Below, piece by piece: positions 26,412 to 34,972 of a stretch of 64,000 bases of DNA (position 1 is the first letter of the stretch; every line of letters begins with the position of its first letter). The notes below the pieces were generated by a model. It was not told the origin of the DNA, made no database searches, and saw nothing but the letters and a program-made list of their open reading frames with translations. The DNA comes from a virus: positions 1 to 64,000 of the IMG/VR virus record IMGVR_UViG_3300018080_008375, one strand, 5' to 3'. The position numbers and the translations under genes are program-made.

Positions 26412-26503
26412 CCTCGGCGATGCGATAGCCAGGCGGTCTCTCGTGCCCGGCGAGGGGTACATCCACGGCAAGAAGTCCCGAAGCGGAGAAAGGATGCGCA
26501 GAC

Positions 26504-26797
26504 ATGAATGTGTTTCGATGGCTGGTTGAGAGAATCAGGGGCGGCAGAGTCGAAAGCGACGAGCAGGACAAGCTCGAGCAAGTCTTTTCCGACGCGATGA
26601 AATATAGGCTGGCGAACAGAAAAGTGGCATCGAACAAAGCTCTCGTCAGGTTCCTTGAAAGCGAGTTTGTGTCGCCGTCTTTCGTCCCGGAGCTTGTCAG
26701 AATGATAGGCGAGGATGGTTTGACATTCTCTGAGCGCGAGCTTATAACGCGCGTGACGGACCGTATCGCCCGCGCTTGGAAAACTGAGCCACGGTAG
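26504..26797 (+). CDS. hypothetical protein
   Basis: ORF whose stop lies inside the tRNA 5' end. Confidence 0.55.
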   Translation: MNVFRWLVERIRGGRVESDEQDKLEQVFSDAMKYRLANRKVASNKALVRFLESEFVSPSFVPELVRMIGEDGLTFSERELITRVTDRIARAWKTEPR

Positions 26798-26862
26798 CCC
26801 AATCGGCAGGAGGCACGGGTCTTAGGCACCTGACAGTGTGAGTTCGAATCTCACCCGTGGTA
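26788..26862 (+). tRNA. tRNA-Leu(TAG), short variable loop
   Basis: Acceptor GCCACGG/CCGTGGT; anticodon arm CGGGT-CTTAGGC-ACCTG. Confidence 0.88.
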
Positions 26863-26865
26863 TAC

Positions 26866-26942
26866 GCCGCCGTAGCCCAATTTGGTAGAGGCGCTAGTTT
26901 CAAAAACTAGGACTGATGAAGGTTCGAATCCTTCCGGCGGCA
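26866..26942 (+). tRNA. tRNA-Leu(CAA), short variable loop
   Basis: Acceptor GCCGCCG/CGGCGGC; anticodon arm CTAGT-TTCAAAA-ACTAG. Confidence 0.9.
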
Positions 26943-26952
26943 TAGGAGCAAC

Positions 26953-27387
26953 ATGTCTGAAATTCGCAAGTTCCCTTTGCTTTCAGAAAGAGGCTGGCGC
27001 GGCTATCCCCATCGGACCGTCCCTTGGGCTCCCAGATGGATTCCGTGGCCCATTGTCGAGGCGGCGTGGAGGGAATATGACAGGTGCGGTCATGGCAGCC
27101 AGAGCCTTGAGAGGGTTGCCGAGCGCGGCGGCTTCAGCATTGGCGAAATAGACGCGCTGCTTGCCGGCGGCGGGCGGTACAAGCTGCTGGGTCGGCCGGG
27201 ACAGATGGAGCAGTTCGCGGACGAGGAGCACGAGGCGGTTCGGACAGGAGGAGAGGAGCCCTGCCCGGTGTGCGGCCTGGAGTTTTGGCGGCATCCGCCA
27301 TGTCCGTTGTATCTGAGCTATATCGGCGAGCCGAACGGTCTGCCGTATTTGCGTCGCTGCTGCGACGGAAGGTTGCTGAAGCTATGA
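26953..27387 (+). CDS. hypothetical phage protein
   Basis: HGSQSLERVAERGG motif plus C-terminal CPVC...HP...CDGRLLKL. Confidence 0.7.
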   Translation: MSEIRKFPLLSERGWRGYPHRTVPWAPRWIPWPIVEAAWREYDRCGHGSQSLERVAERGGFSIGEIDALLAGGGRYKLLGRPGQMEQFADEEHEAVRTGGEEPCPVCGLEFWRHPPCPLYLSYIGEPNGLPYLRRCCDGRLLKL

Positions 27388-27440
27388 GAGATGGAGATTA
27401 TGGAGGGCTTTGCAACGAAAATGTGAACATGTCGATTTGG

Positions 27441-27512
27441 GGCGGTAGGGGGGACTGGTGTCCCCGAGCGGCTCATATCCGCTTTAAACCAGTTCAATTC
27501 TGGATACCGCCA
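27441..27512 (+). tRNA. tRNA-Met(CAT) (Met or Ile2 uncertain)
   Basis: Acceptor GGCGGTA/TACCGCC; anticodon arm AGCGG-CTCATAT-CCGCT. Confidence 0.8.
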
Positions 27513-27528
27513 CGAAAGGAAGTTTACC

Positions 27529-27837
27529 ATGCTGAATGAGAAAGTGACGATTGACGACGCAATCGGGTTCCTGAACTCGCTCGTCGAAGTGGATGCGGAT
27601 GCTGTCACGAGGCTTGTAGATGCTCGCGTACAGTGTAACCAGGAAATGGCCGACCACGAGTCTGTCCAGGTCCAGGCATACGACGGAGACGAAAATTACA
27701 GCGTTGGCATACTTGGTGTGCTTAACGGTCTTTTTGGAACATTTGATTGTGGACCCGCGGAAGGATGGGGTCCGATAACCGCCCTTTTCAACGAGGACGG
27801 ATCCGTAAAGGAGTTCGTCCTGACAGAAAACGGGTAG
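27529..27837 (+). CDS. hypothetical phage protein
   Basis: RVQCN..MADH..VQV...VGILGVLNGLFG motif. Confidence 0.7.
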   Translation: MLNEKVTIDDAIGFLNSLVEVDADAVTRLVDARVQCNQEMADHESVQVQAYDGDENYSVGILGVLNGLFGTFDCGPAEGWGPITALFNEDGSVKEFVLTENG

Positions 27838-27853
27838 ACGAAAGGAGCATGGT

Positions 27854-28318
27854 TTGAAGTCAGTATATCTTTGCGGACCTATCACGGGGCTTTCCTACAA
27901 GGGAACGACGGACTGGCGGAAGTATGTGGCCAGGCATCTTGCGGCGGACATCGTTCCACTGTCGCCCATGCGCGGCAAGGCGTACCTGAAGAAGGAAAAG
28001 GACATAGCGCATTCGTACGACAAGTCGCCGCTGAGCACCGCCAAGGCAATCACTACGCGCGACAGAAACGACGTCATGAACTGCGATGTCATGCTTGTCA
28101 ATTTCCTTGGCGCGAAAGTCGTCTCCGTGGGATCAGTGGTGGAGTTCGGATGGGCTGACGCTTTCCGCAAGCCCGTTGTGCTGGTTTCGGAGAAGGACAA
28201 TATTCACAGGCACCCCATCACGGACGAGATTGTCGGATTCCATGTGGACAATCTCGATGAGGGTATCAAGATCGTCAACTGCATTATGAGCGACGAGTTC
28301 GCCAAGAAGAGCCAATAA
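27854..28318 (+). CDS. nucleoside 2-deoxyribosyltransferase-like
   Basis: Motifs VYLCGPI, RD..DV..CD and GSVVEFGWA...KPV. Confidence 0.85.
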   Translation: MKSVYLCGPITGLSYKGTTDWRKYVARHLAADIVPLSPMRGKAYLKKEKDIAHSYDKSPLSTAKAITTRDRNDVMNCDVMLVNFLGAKVVSVGSVVEFGWADAFRKPVVLVSEKDNIHRHPITDEIVGFHVDNLDEGIKIVNCIMSDEFAKKSQ

Positions 28319-28357
28319 GGGAAGAATCCGGAACGGTCCGGAAGAAAGAGGAAGAAA

Positions 28358-28807
28358 ATGGAAATTGTGAAAGACGCAAGCAACAAGGAGAGGCAGCCCA
28401 TTTTTGCGCACTTCGTCATTCGCAAGCAGCCTGATCTGGCGCTTCCGAACGATCGCGACAGATCTGTGGTTGGAAATGCGACGGTGGCTATGGTGGACGA
28501 CGGCATCGGCACGCACTACGGCGTGTCATTCTGCTCGCCGTCCGACCAGTTTTGCAGGAAGGTCGGGAGAAGCCAGGCTGTGAAGCGGCTCAGGGTCCAC
28601 ATGCTGCGCCTGGCGAACGGGCTGGATAAGTCGAAGTTTGCCGGAACCTTTGACAACAGGCTGGAGGCCGACGATGTAAAATCCAGACTTTCTGGATGCA
28701 ACTCAGCCCTTGCTTCAATTCTTAACAGGGACGAGCGCCCGAGCTGGTTGCCTGAGAGGTTTACATGCGATTTCCGCGGAAGAAATCGTGGCGGAAAGGC
28801 GAAATGA
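28358..28807 (+). CDS. hypothetical phage protein
   Basis: GVSFCSPSDQFCRKVGRSQA motif. Confidence 0.7.
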   Translation: MEIVKDASNKERQPIFAHFVIRKQPDLALPNDRDRSVVGNATVAMVDDGIGTHYGVSFCSPSDQFCRKVGRSQAVKRLRVHMLRLANGLDKSKFAGTFDNRLEADDVKSRLSGCNSALASILNRDERPSWLPERFTCDFRGRNRGGKAK

Positions 28808-29040
28808 GCCTGTCCGAAAAGCTGGGCCTGGACCCCGCCGTATACGGTCATTTGCCATATTTCCGGAAGAAAGATCAGGCTAAGCGGAATAAGATGGGCG
28901 GTCAGGTATGCGGTGACTGCTACGAGGCGTTAGTCATGGACAGTGACGAAGCCGCAGGGCTTGAGCCGGTTCCGACTGGCGATCCGGACTTGAGGTTTCC
29001 CGGCTGCGAGTGCGAAGTGCCGTGGCCAGACGATTGCTAG
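28804..29040 (+). CDS. small hypothetical protein
   Basis: ATGA overlap. Confidence 0.5.
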   Translation: MSLSEKLGLDPAVYGHLPYFRKKDQAKRNKMGGQVCGDCYEALVMDSDEAAGLEPVPTGDPDLRFPGCECEVPWPDDC

Positions 29041-29273
29041 AATAGCGCAGCAAACGTGGCGGGATCCATTCCGCCGTCGAGAGAGCGAAATAACGCCAGT
29101 TCGTGGAGCACAGGCGAACTTGCCTATGCCGCCAAAAGGAGATTTGACTGCCTCCCTAGCACGAAGGTTAGGCGGCATTGGATCAAGTCCATACCCTTCG
29201 AGGACAGCCGATGGCTGTGAAGCGGGCACCGAATAGCGTTGTCGGGGGTAGAGTCCCGATGCTGCGCACATTC
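29040..29273 (+). ncRNA. candidate ~230-nt multi-branched ncRNA upstream of tRNA-Leu
   Basis: Closing GCGCAGCA/TGCTGCGC; hairpins GGCGGGAT/ATTCCGCC, GTTCG/CGAAC, ATGCCGCC/GGCGGCAT, ACAGCC/GGCTGT and TCGGG/CCCGA. Confidence 0.6.
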
Positions 29274-29293
29274 ACAGCATGGAAGACAGAGCT

Positions 29294-29367
29294 GCTGCGG
29301 TAGCCCAACCGGCAGAGGCACTAGCCCGAGGCGCTAGCCAGTGAGGGTTCGAATCCCTCCCGCAGCA
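29294..29367 (+). tRNA. tRNA-Leu(GAG), C33, short variable loop
   Basis: Acceptor GCTGCGG/CCGCAGC; anticodon arm CTAGC-CCGAGGC-GCTAG. Confidence 0.87.
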
Positions 29368-29396
29368 CACCAGATCAAAGTAAGGCTGTGTACAAG

Positions 29397-29978
29397 ATGA
29401 GCAAGAAGAAGGCAAGCAGCAAGAGGGAGAGGTTTCGGAATATATATGCGCTGATGCTGAAAACCGGATACATCGAGAGTGCAAGCAACCATATGTTTGT
29501 CGCGTTCAATCCGAAAGGTTTCAAGTCCGTCAATGATGCGCTGGCAGACTTGGCGGAGATGTTCCAAAGGGCGATCCTGGCGGAGTGGCAGTATATCAAG
29601 AGGATATGCTGCGAAAAGGCTCCAGAAGGGTCTTCATACTGCCCGACATGCGGCAGGAGGATCTGGGAGGGCCTGATGCAAGTTGATGAGGAGACTTTTA
29701 CGAGCAAGGTATTGAACTTTGTAGGCGGCGTCATAGACGGTACGCACGATACATGGCAGGAACTTCACGACGGCGGATGGGAAATCGGCTGGAACGCGCT
29801 TAAGAGAATCGGGAAGAAGTCCGTGGTGGCAATTGGTGAAAATTCCGAAAAGTACATGTATCATGCCATGACCGGCGATTTCTCCAAGAACAAACCTGAA
29901 GGCATATGCTACAATCCGTATAGACCGTCCTCCAAAATGTGGTGCGAGATACACGGCAGGAAGGTTAGGCTGTACTGA
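29397..29978 (+). CDS. hypothetical protein with Zn ribbon
   Basis: CC...YCPTCG. Confidence 0.65.
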   Translation: MSKKKASSKRERFRNIYALMLKTGYIESASNHMFVAFNPKGFKSVNDALADLAEMFQRAILAEWQYIKRICCEKAPEGSSYCPTCGRRIWEGLMQVDEETFTSKVLNFVGGVIDGTHDTWQELHDGGWEIGWNALKRIGKKSVVAIGENSEKYMYHAMTGDFSKNKPEGICYNPYRPSSKMWCEIHGRKVRLY

Positions 29979-29997
29979 GGGGCTACAGAATATGAGA

Positions 29998-30118
29998 AAA
30001 TATTTTGTAATAACCTTATGACGGCGCCTTGTAATTTCGGATGTTTGCCGCGGATATTTCGGAATATTGCGAATAATCTGGTAAAATGCGGTCGTTTACG
30101 AGCAAATATTTTGTAATA
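29998..30118. repeat. 15-bp direct repeat AAATATTTTGTAATA x2 in an AT-rich intergenic region
   Basis: Copies at 29998-30012 and 30104-30118. Confidence 0.75.
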
Positions 30119-30129
30119 CGGGTGCGTTG

Positions 30130-30200
30130 GCCCCTGTAGTTCAACGGCAGAATATCTCACTTGTAATGAGAAGATCTCGGTTCAAATCCGAGCGGGGGCT
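30130..30200 (+). tRNA. tRNA-Thr(TGT)
   Basis: Acceptor GCCCCTG/CGGGGGC; anticodon arm TCTCA-CTTGTAA-TGAGA. Confidence 0.92.
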
Positions 30201-30205
30201 TGGCT

Positions 30206-30277
30206 GCCGGCTGAGGCGGGGTGGTCCCGCACTCCCTTCGTACGGGGGCTCTTGAGGTTCGATTCCTCCTGCCGGCT
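30206..30277 (+). tRNA. tRNA-Thr(CGT), atypical
   Basis: Acceptor GCCGGC/GCCGGC; anticodon arm CTCCC-TTCGTAC-GGGGG. Confidence 0.78.
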
Positions 30278-30278
30278 T

Positions 30279-31124
30279 TTATGCGCGTGTGAATCTCGGG
30301 CAATTGAGACACATTTGTGGAAATTGTTTGGTTTGAAACAATCTTTTTCTAAAGTCCACATATGGCTCTGAATTCCAGATGTCCAGCGTTTTCGAATCGA
30401 AGATGTTTCCGAAAGACTGCTTTGCGTTGTAGTCGAAGCAGCATGGCAGCACATCGCCATTGATGAAGATGATCATTCTAAGCCTTGCTTCGCAGGTTCT
30501 TACCGCTTCGTAGATTTGGTCGGCGTTGCGGCAGACGGGTCTTTGGTATTCCGGAAGCGTCGTTTGCTGTAGGTTGTTTGCGAAGAACAGGGCTTTCGTA
30601 ATTTTGGGCATAATGCCTAGCTCCCGGCAGAGCGATGCGAAGTCCGCAAGCTGGTGCTCGTTGTGTTTGAACACTGTGAACTGCCCGTAGATTTTTGTGG
30701 AGACATTGTACTTCTGTAGCAGTTCGATGTTGGACAGGACTTTATTGTAGTCTCCGGACCGCCTGGCAACTTGGTACATTTCGGGCGTTGTGGCATCAAG
30801 CGGAACCGCCAAGGAATCTAGTTTGGTTTCCATAAGGGCTTTGGGGTCGGGGATCCTGTTGGCATTTGTCGACAGGTGGACTTTTGAGAACTGCTTGGTG
30901 TAGGCAATGATGTCTATGATGTCCGGATTCAGGAGCGGTTCGCCCCATACGAACGGCGCGACAAGCCTGGCGTATGGTCGTATTTTTTCCGCTACTGCAA
31001 CATACCGGTCGAACGGCATGAATGCGTTTTTCCTGGTTATGAGATTTGCGCCCACCGGGCATTCGGGGCAGGACAGGTTACAGACCGACGATGTTTCCAC
31101 ATAGAAGATGAACGGGTTAGCCAT
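30279..31124 (-). CDS. radical SAM protein with SPASM/twitch domain
   Basis: CNLSCPEC, WGEPLLNP and C...NGDVLPCCFD...GNI...C..C. Confidence 0.9.
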   Translation of the reverse strand: MANPFIFYVETSSVCNLSCPECPVGANLITRKNAFMPFDRYVAVAEKIRPYARLVAPFVWGEPLLNPDIIDIIAYTKQFSKVHLSTNANRIPDPKALMETKLDSLAVPLDATTPEMYQVARRSGDYNKVLSNIELLQKYNVSTKIYGQFTVFKHNEHQLADFASLCRELGIMPKITKALFFANNLQQTTLPEYQRPVCRNADQIYEAVRTCEARLRMIIFINGDVLPCCFDYNAKQSFGNIFDSKTLDIWNSEPYVDFRKRLFQTKQFPQMCLNCPRFTRA

Positions 31125-31938
31125 ATTTTAGGCGCCTCCTTGTTGGCCATGTGATTGTGAGAATCAGATTTTTCTTCTGTTTGCTTAGCCTTTCCCAAGG
31201 CGGAATGGGTCTTTTCACTCGAACGGGTGTTTTGTTGTGTTTTATGTTTACGAGCTTTATTACATCTTCGAATGAAGGAAGTTCCAGGTCCAGGAATTTG
31301 AACAGTTCTTCAAGTCTTGCCCCGCGGATCATTTCTTCGAACTTGTAGATAAATACTTTTTCTTTGGGGATTGAGTCGAGCTGGCGGAGTGCTTCGTCGT
31401 TTACCAGCTTCCAGGACCATGCGCATTTTTGAAGCTTAGTCATTTTGCCCCACTGTTGCTCCGTCGGTTCATTTTCCAGTCGTTCGCAAATGTTTGTTTC
31501 AGCATCTTTTGTTATGACGCTTTTAGGCAGCATCCAGAACGGCACTTTTTTGATGCGCAAGAATATTTGTTCGTCGTATGTTCCGGAATTGAACATGGAC
31601 ACAATTTGTCTCATAGGATTTCTGGTCAGGTAGACAAACTTGGCGTCTGGATAGTGCTTGTGGAGAGCTGAGGCAAAAAATGTAAGGATTCCGTTAATTT
31701 CCCCAAATCTATATCCGTCGTTCAAGGTTTTGCTGATCATATGGCGTCTCTCTTCATACGCCACATTGTCGGATTCCAGACCAGCGTAGACGGAGCGGTA
31801 CTTGTCGAACAGGGAAAACCTGGAATATCCGTCGCGCCGCTCGTGTTGACAGTCTACATCATTTGGAAGGTTCAGGAGTTTTGCTAGAAGATGCGTGCCT
31901 CCATAACCATGTCCGATGCCAAAAAAGATGTTGCTCAT
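31117..31938 (-). CDS. sulfotransferase-family P-loop protein
   Basis: GHGYGGTHLLAKLLN, HE, YPDAKFVYLTRNP...SM and YKFEE. Confidence 0.75.
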   Translation of the reverse strand: MSNIFFGIGHGYGGTHLLAKLLNLPNDVDCQHERRDGYSRFSLFDKYRSVYAGLESDNVAYEERRHMISKTLNDGYRFGEINGILTFFASALHKHYPDAKFVYLTRNPMRQIVSMFNSGTYDEQIFLRIKKVPFWMLPKSVITKDAETNICERLENEPTEQQWGKMTKLQKCAWSWKLVNDEALRQLDSIPKEKVFIYKFEEMIRGARLEELFKFLDLELPSFEDVIKLVNIKHNKTPVRVKRPIPPWERLSKQKKNLILTITWPTRRRLKYG

Positions 31939-32035
31939 ATACAGACACCATCCGAGAGCTTGTTGTGGACCACTGATTTTTCCTCCTATAAAGATGCGTG
32001 ATTATTAGTATAACGATTTTTCAAAGGAGGCTGTT

Positions 32036-32314
32036 ATGAAGCGTGGTGAAATCAGATATCTTGAATGCGCATGCACATCGTCCGAGCATGTGGTTAGGGT
32101 TTGTATAGAGGACGACGAGTTTTATCCTATGTTTATCAGTGTTCAGCTTTCCGGAGGGTCGTTTTTCAGGCGCTTATGGGAGGCCGTAAGGCATTTGTTA
32201 GGATATGATTGCAAATACGGTCACTGGGATGAAGTGCTGCTGAACAGGGACGGCATTCGCCGCCTACAGCTTCTGTGCCGGAAAGCCCTTGAAAATGAGC
32301 ATATAGGCTCTTGA
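32036..32314 (+). CDS. hypothetical phage protein
   Basis: C.C...EH...FFRRLW...GHWDE; AAGGAGG RBS. Confidence 0.7.
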   Translation: MKRGEIRYLECACTSSEHVVRVCIEDDEFYPMFISVQLSGGSFFRRLWEAVRHLLGYDCKYGHWDEVLLNRDGIRRLQLLCRKALENEHIGS

Positions 32315-32362
32315 CAGGGCTTGCTTTCTGGGATAATTTGTTTCAAAGGAAATTTGAAAGAC

Positions 32363-33013
32363 ATGAAACCAGACATTTCTACAATCAAGAAACTTCGCGC
32401 CCAGACGGGCGCCGGATATGCCGACTGTAGGGCGGCGCTGAGGGATTCCGGCGGCAACATAGAAGCCGCGGAGAAGGCGCTTGAGGCGGTCGGACTGTTG
32501 AAGGTGAAAGAAAAATTCGGACGGGAGGCAAGCGCGGGCGCTGTTCATGCGTATGTACACGCCGGTGACCGGATCGCGGCAATGGTCGAACTGCGGTGCG
32601 AAACCGATTTTGCCGCCAGGACCGAGGAGTTCAAGGTTGCCGCACATGACATCGCCATGCAGGTTGCGGCGATGAAGCACAAATGGGTGACCGAAGGCGA
32701 CATTCCGCTTGAAGCGCTTGTATACGACGAGAAGGACCCTGTTGGAAAGTGCCTTCTGACGCAGCCGTTTATCAAGGACCAGAGCAGGCTGGTCGGCGAC
32801 ATGCTGGCGGACCTGTCCGCGAAGCTGGGAGAGAACTGTCGCATTGAGCGGGCATGCCGATGGGAAGTGGGAGAAGATCCGGATGAGGGGGAGGCTGATC
32901 AGAACGACGGTCCGCAGGGGGACCTGCGCGCCAGAATGAAGGTCTGGGCGATGTTGTTTATAGCTGTTTCACTGTTTGTTTTGGGAGTTGCCGTCGGAGG
33001 TGCGCTATGCTGA
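32363..33013 (+). CDS. tsf: elongation factor Ts (short form) with a C-terminal TM segment
   Basis: IKKLRAQTGAGYADCRAAL, MVELRCETDFAAR, DIAMQVAA, LLTQPFIKD and LGENCRIER. Confidence 0.9.
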   Translation: MKPDISTIKKLRAQTGAGYADCRAALRDSGGNIEAAEKALEAVGLLKVKEKFGREASAGAVHAYVHAGDRIAAMVELRCETDFAARTEEFKVAAHDIAMQVAAMKHKWVTEGDIPLEALVYDEKDPVGKCLLTQPFIKDQSRLVGDMLADLSAKLGENCRIERACRWEVGEDPDEGEADQNDGPQGDLRARMKVWAMLFIAVSLFVLGVAVGGALC

Positions 33014-33402
33014 AGTTTTTCGGAAACATTGTGCTGGCAGCCGTAATAGCGATTGCCGCTTTTGTTGTGTGTGCCGGCTTCCTGGTGGCGTCAGGTATTG
33101 TTTCAGACTGGCTCGATGCCACTCAATCCAGCGCTGCTTTGGCGGACAGGCTTTCCAAAACCGATGCGTCCAGATGGACCAGAGTAAAGAACGGAAAGGG
33201 CTTCTTGCTGCGCAGGCACCACATCATGCTGTGGTGCTCGTTTCCGTATTTCGGGTCGTTGACACCGGAAGATATCGGCATGGCTCCAGCGGAGCGGTGG
33301 AAGCTGTACAAGCTGTGCGGGAGGCTCGACAGGCAGCTCGCGCCCCTGCCCAAGTTCGATCCTGCTGCTAACATGCTTAAAAATATAGACCGAGGCCCCT
33401 GA
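33007..33402 (+). CDS. hypothetical membrane protein
   Basis: N-terminal TM. Confidence 0.55.
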   Translation: MLKFFGNIVLAAVIAIAAFVVCAGFLVASGIVSDWLDATQSSAALADRLSKTDASRWTRVKNGKGFLLRRHHIMLWCSFPYFGSLTPEDIGMAPAERWKLYKLCGRLDRQLAPLPKFDPAANMLKNIDRGP

Positions 33403-33467
33403 GGTCCACATGGCTGGGATGCTGCCTTGGTACGGCAGAGGGACAGATTCGATTCCTGTCGGGGGCT
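33395..33467 (+). tRNA. tRNA-Thr(GGT), atypical
   Basis: Acceptor GCCCCTG/CGGGGGC; anticodon arm CTGCC-TTGGTAC-GGCAG. Confidence 0.8.
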
Positions 33468-33471
33468 CGTG

Positions 33472-33732
33472 ATGGCTAGGAACAAATTTTACACGCAATG
33501 TCGCCTTCGGCGACCGGTGAAGGGCAGATCAGGGCATTTTCAGGAGATGGTATCGTGGATTCCGTCCGACAAGGCCCAGGTCGGCAAAACGGTGAGACTG
33601 AAGGAGTGGCCGGGCGATACCGAATGGTCCGAAGGGTGGGAAGTTCTTGAATCCTGGAGCAAGCTCGCAGGGGACAGGGCTGAGGCAGCTGCTGTGGATT
33701 ATCTTCACCAGAGGGAGCAGAGTGACGCATGA
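33472..33732 (+). CDS. hypothetical phage protein
   Basis: YTQCRL...SWIP...A.VGK.V.LK...W.V motif. Confidence 0.65.
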   Translation: MARNKFYTQCRLRRPVKGRSGHFQEMVSWIPSDKAQVGKTVRLKEWPGDTEWSEGWEVLESWSKLAGDRAEAAAVDYLHQREQSDA

Positions 33733-34211
33733 ATACGGTGTTCTATCCGGAAAATCCGGTCGACGGAGAACTCAAGTCGCTGTTTCTCGCCGGACCCACC
33801 GAGAGGGGAAATGCCGGGTCGAAAATTACGGCGTGGAGAAAGTCGGCAATCAGCTATTTGCAGGTTAGCGGCTTTGCCGGAAATGTGTTCGTTCCCGAAT
33901 TCCGACCCGGAGCAAACATGAGAGGGATGTGCCCGGGATCCGCTGACCAGAGGGACTGGGAAGGGGATTTTCTGGAGGCGGCGGACTGTATAGTCTTCTG
34001 GGTGCCTCGTAACCTTGGCAACATGCCAGGCTTCACCACAAATATTGAATGGGGAATGTGGTGCGATTCCGGCAAGGCGGTGTTGGGATATCCGCCGTAC
34101 GCTCCGAAAATGAGCCATATGAGGCATTATGCCGATCAGCTTGGCGTTCCCGTGGCGCATACGCTTGGCGAGACCCTTGATTGTGCTATGCTTGTGATCA
34201 GCGGTCTGTAG
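33729..34211 (+). CDS. nucleoside 2-deoxyribosyltransferase-like (type 2)
   Basis: SLFLAGPT, WE...L..AD.I.FW.PR and GFTTNIEWG. Confidence 0.85.
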   Translation: MNTVFYPENPVDGELKSLFLAGPTERGNAGSKITAWRKSAISYLQVSGFAGNVFVPEFRPGANMRGMCPGSADQRDWEGDFLEAADCIVFWVPRNLGNMPGFTTNIEWGMWCDSGKAVLGYPPYAPKMSHMRHYADQLGVPVAHTLGETLDCAMLVISGL

Positions 34212-34233
34212 AAACAGGAAGGAAGGAAAAAGA

Positions 34234-34605
34234 ATGAATAAAGAATTCGTGATCATGACCGTATTGTCATTTGTGGCGCTGGCTGCATGCGTTACATCTG
34301 CTGTGATCGGTTTTATACAGCCTAGCTATTTGATGGCTGGGCTGGGATGGTGTGTTTCTGCCATGTGGGTTCTGCTGTCTTGGACCGGAGGTCCGCTGCT
34401 GAATCACCTGGTTGAAAGGCAGGAGAGGGTTCTGGCCGAAAGGCTGCGGGAACTATTCACTGACGGAAATCCCGTTTCAATGGACAACGATCCTGTGGAG
34501 ATGGGCGATGTCAATGCGCCTGTCAGAAGGATCGGCATGACGGTCGACGAGGCGGTGGAGAATGCGCACAAGTTGATCAAAAAGAACGGCAAGGACAAGA
34601 ATTAG
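34234..34605 (+). CDS. hypothetical two-TM membrane protein
   Basis: Two hydrophobic helices. Confidence 0.6.
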   Translation: MNKEFVIMTVLSFVALAACVTSAVIGFIQPSYLMAGLGWCVSAMWVLLSWTGGPLLNHLVERQERVLAERLRELFTDGNPVSMDNDPVEMGDVNAPVRRIGMTVDEAVENAHKLIKKNGKDKN

Positions 34606-34614
34606 CATATTTTT

Positions 34615-34960
34615 GGGGGTGAATTTGGTTTCGACGTGTACGATTGCGGCATAGGCTGCAGGCAGGAGGGTCGCTGGGACCTCCCTAATCCAACAGCGAA
34701 AAGCAAACGCGAACGAACAGTTTGCAATGGCCGCATAGGCCCGCCGGAGATGCTGCCCAGCCTGTCGGCGGCTTCTCCGGTGCGATGATGGCGGGCTAGC
34801 TGACGGAGGATCGTAGCCTCTCCAGAAGCGAAGCAACAGGCTGCGGACATCCCGGACAGAACCTGCCGGTGGGTGCTGCCTGGATGTATAAAACATCGGA
34901 CAAGCCTGTAGACGCCATGCCAAGGCGTGTGCGGACGGGGTTTCGATACCCCCACCTCCA
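34615..34960 (+). ncRNA. ssrA: tmRNA
   Basis: 5' GGGGGTGAATTTGGTTTCGAC; 3' GACGGGGTTTCGATACCCCCACCTCCA; tag ORF (AN)ANEQFAMAA-TAG. Confidence 0.93.
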
Positions 34961-34972
34961 CAAGTGATTGAT

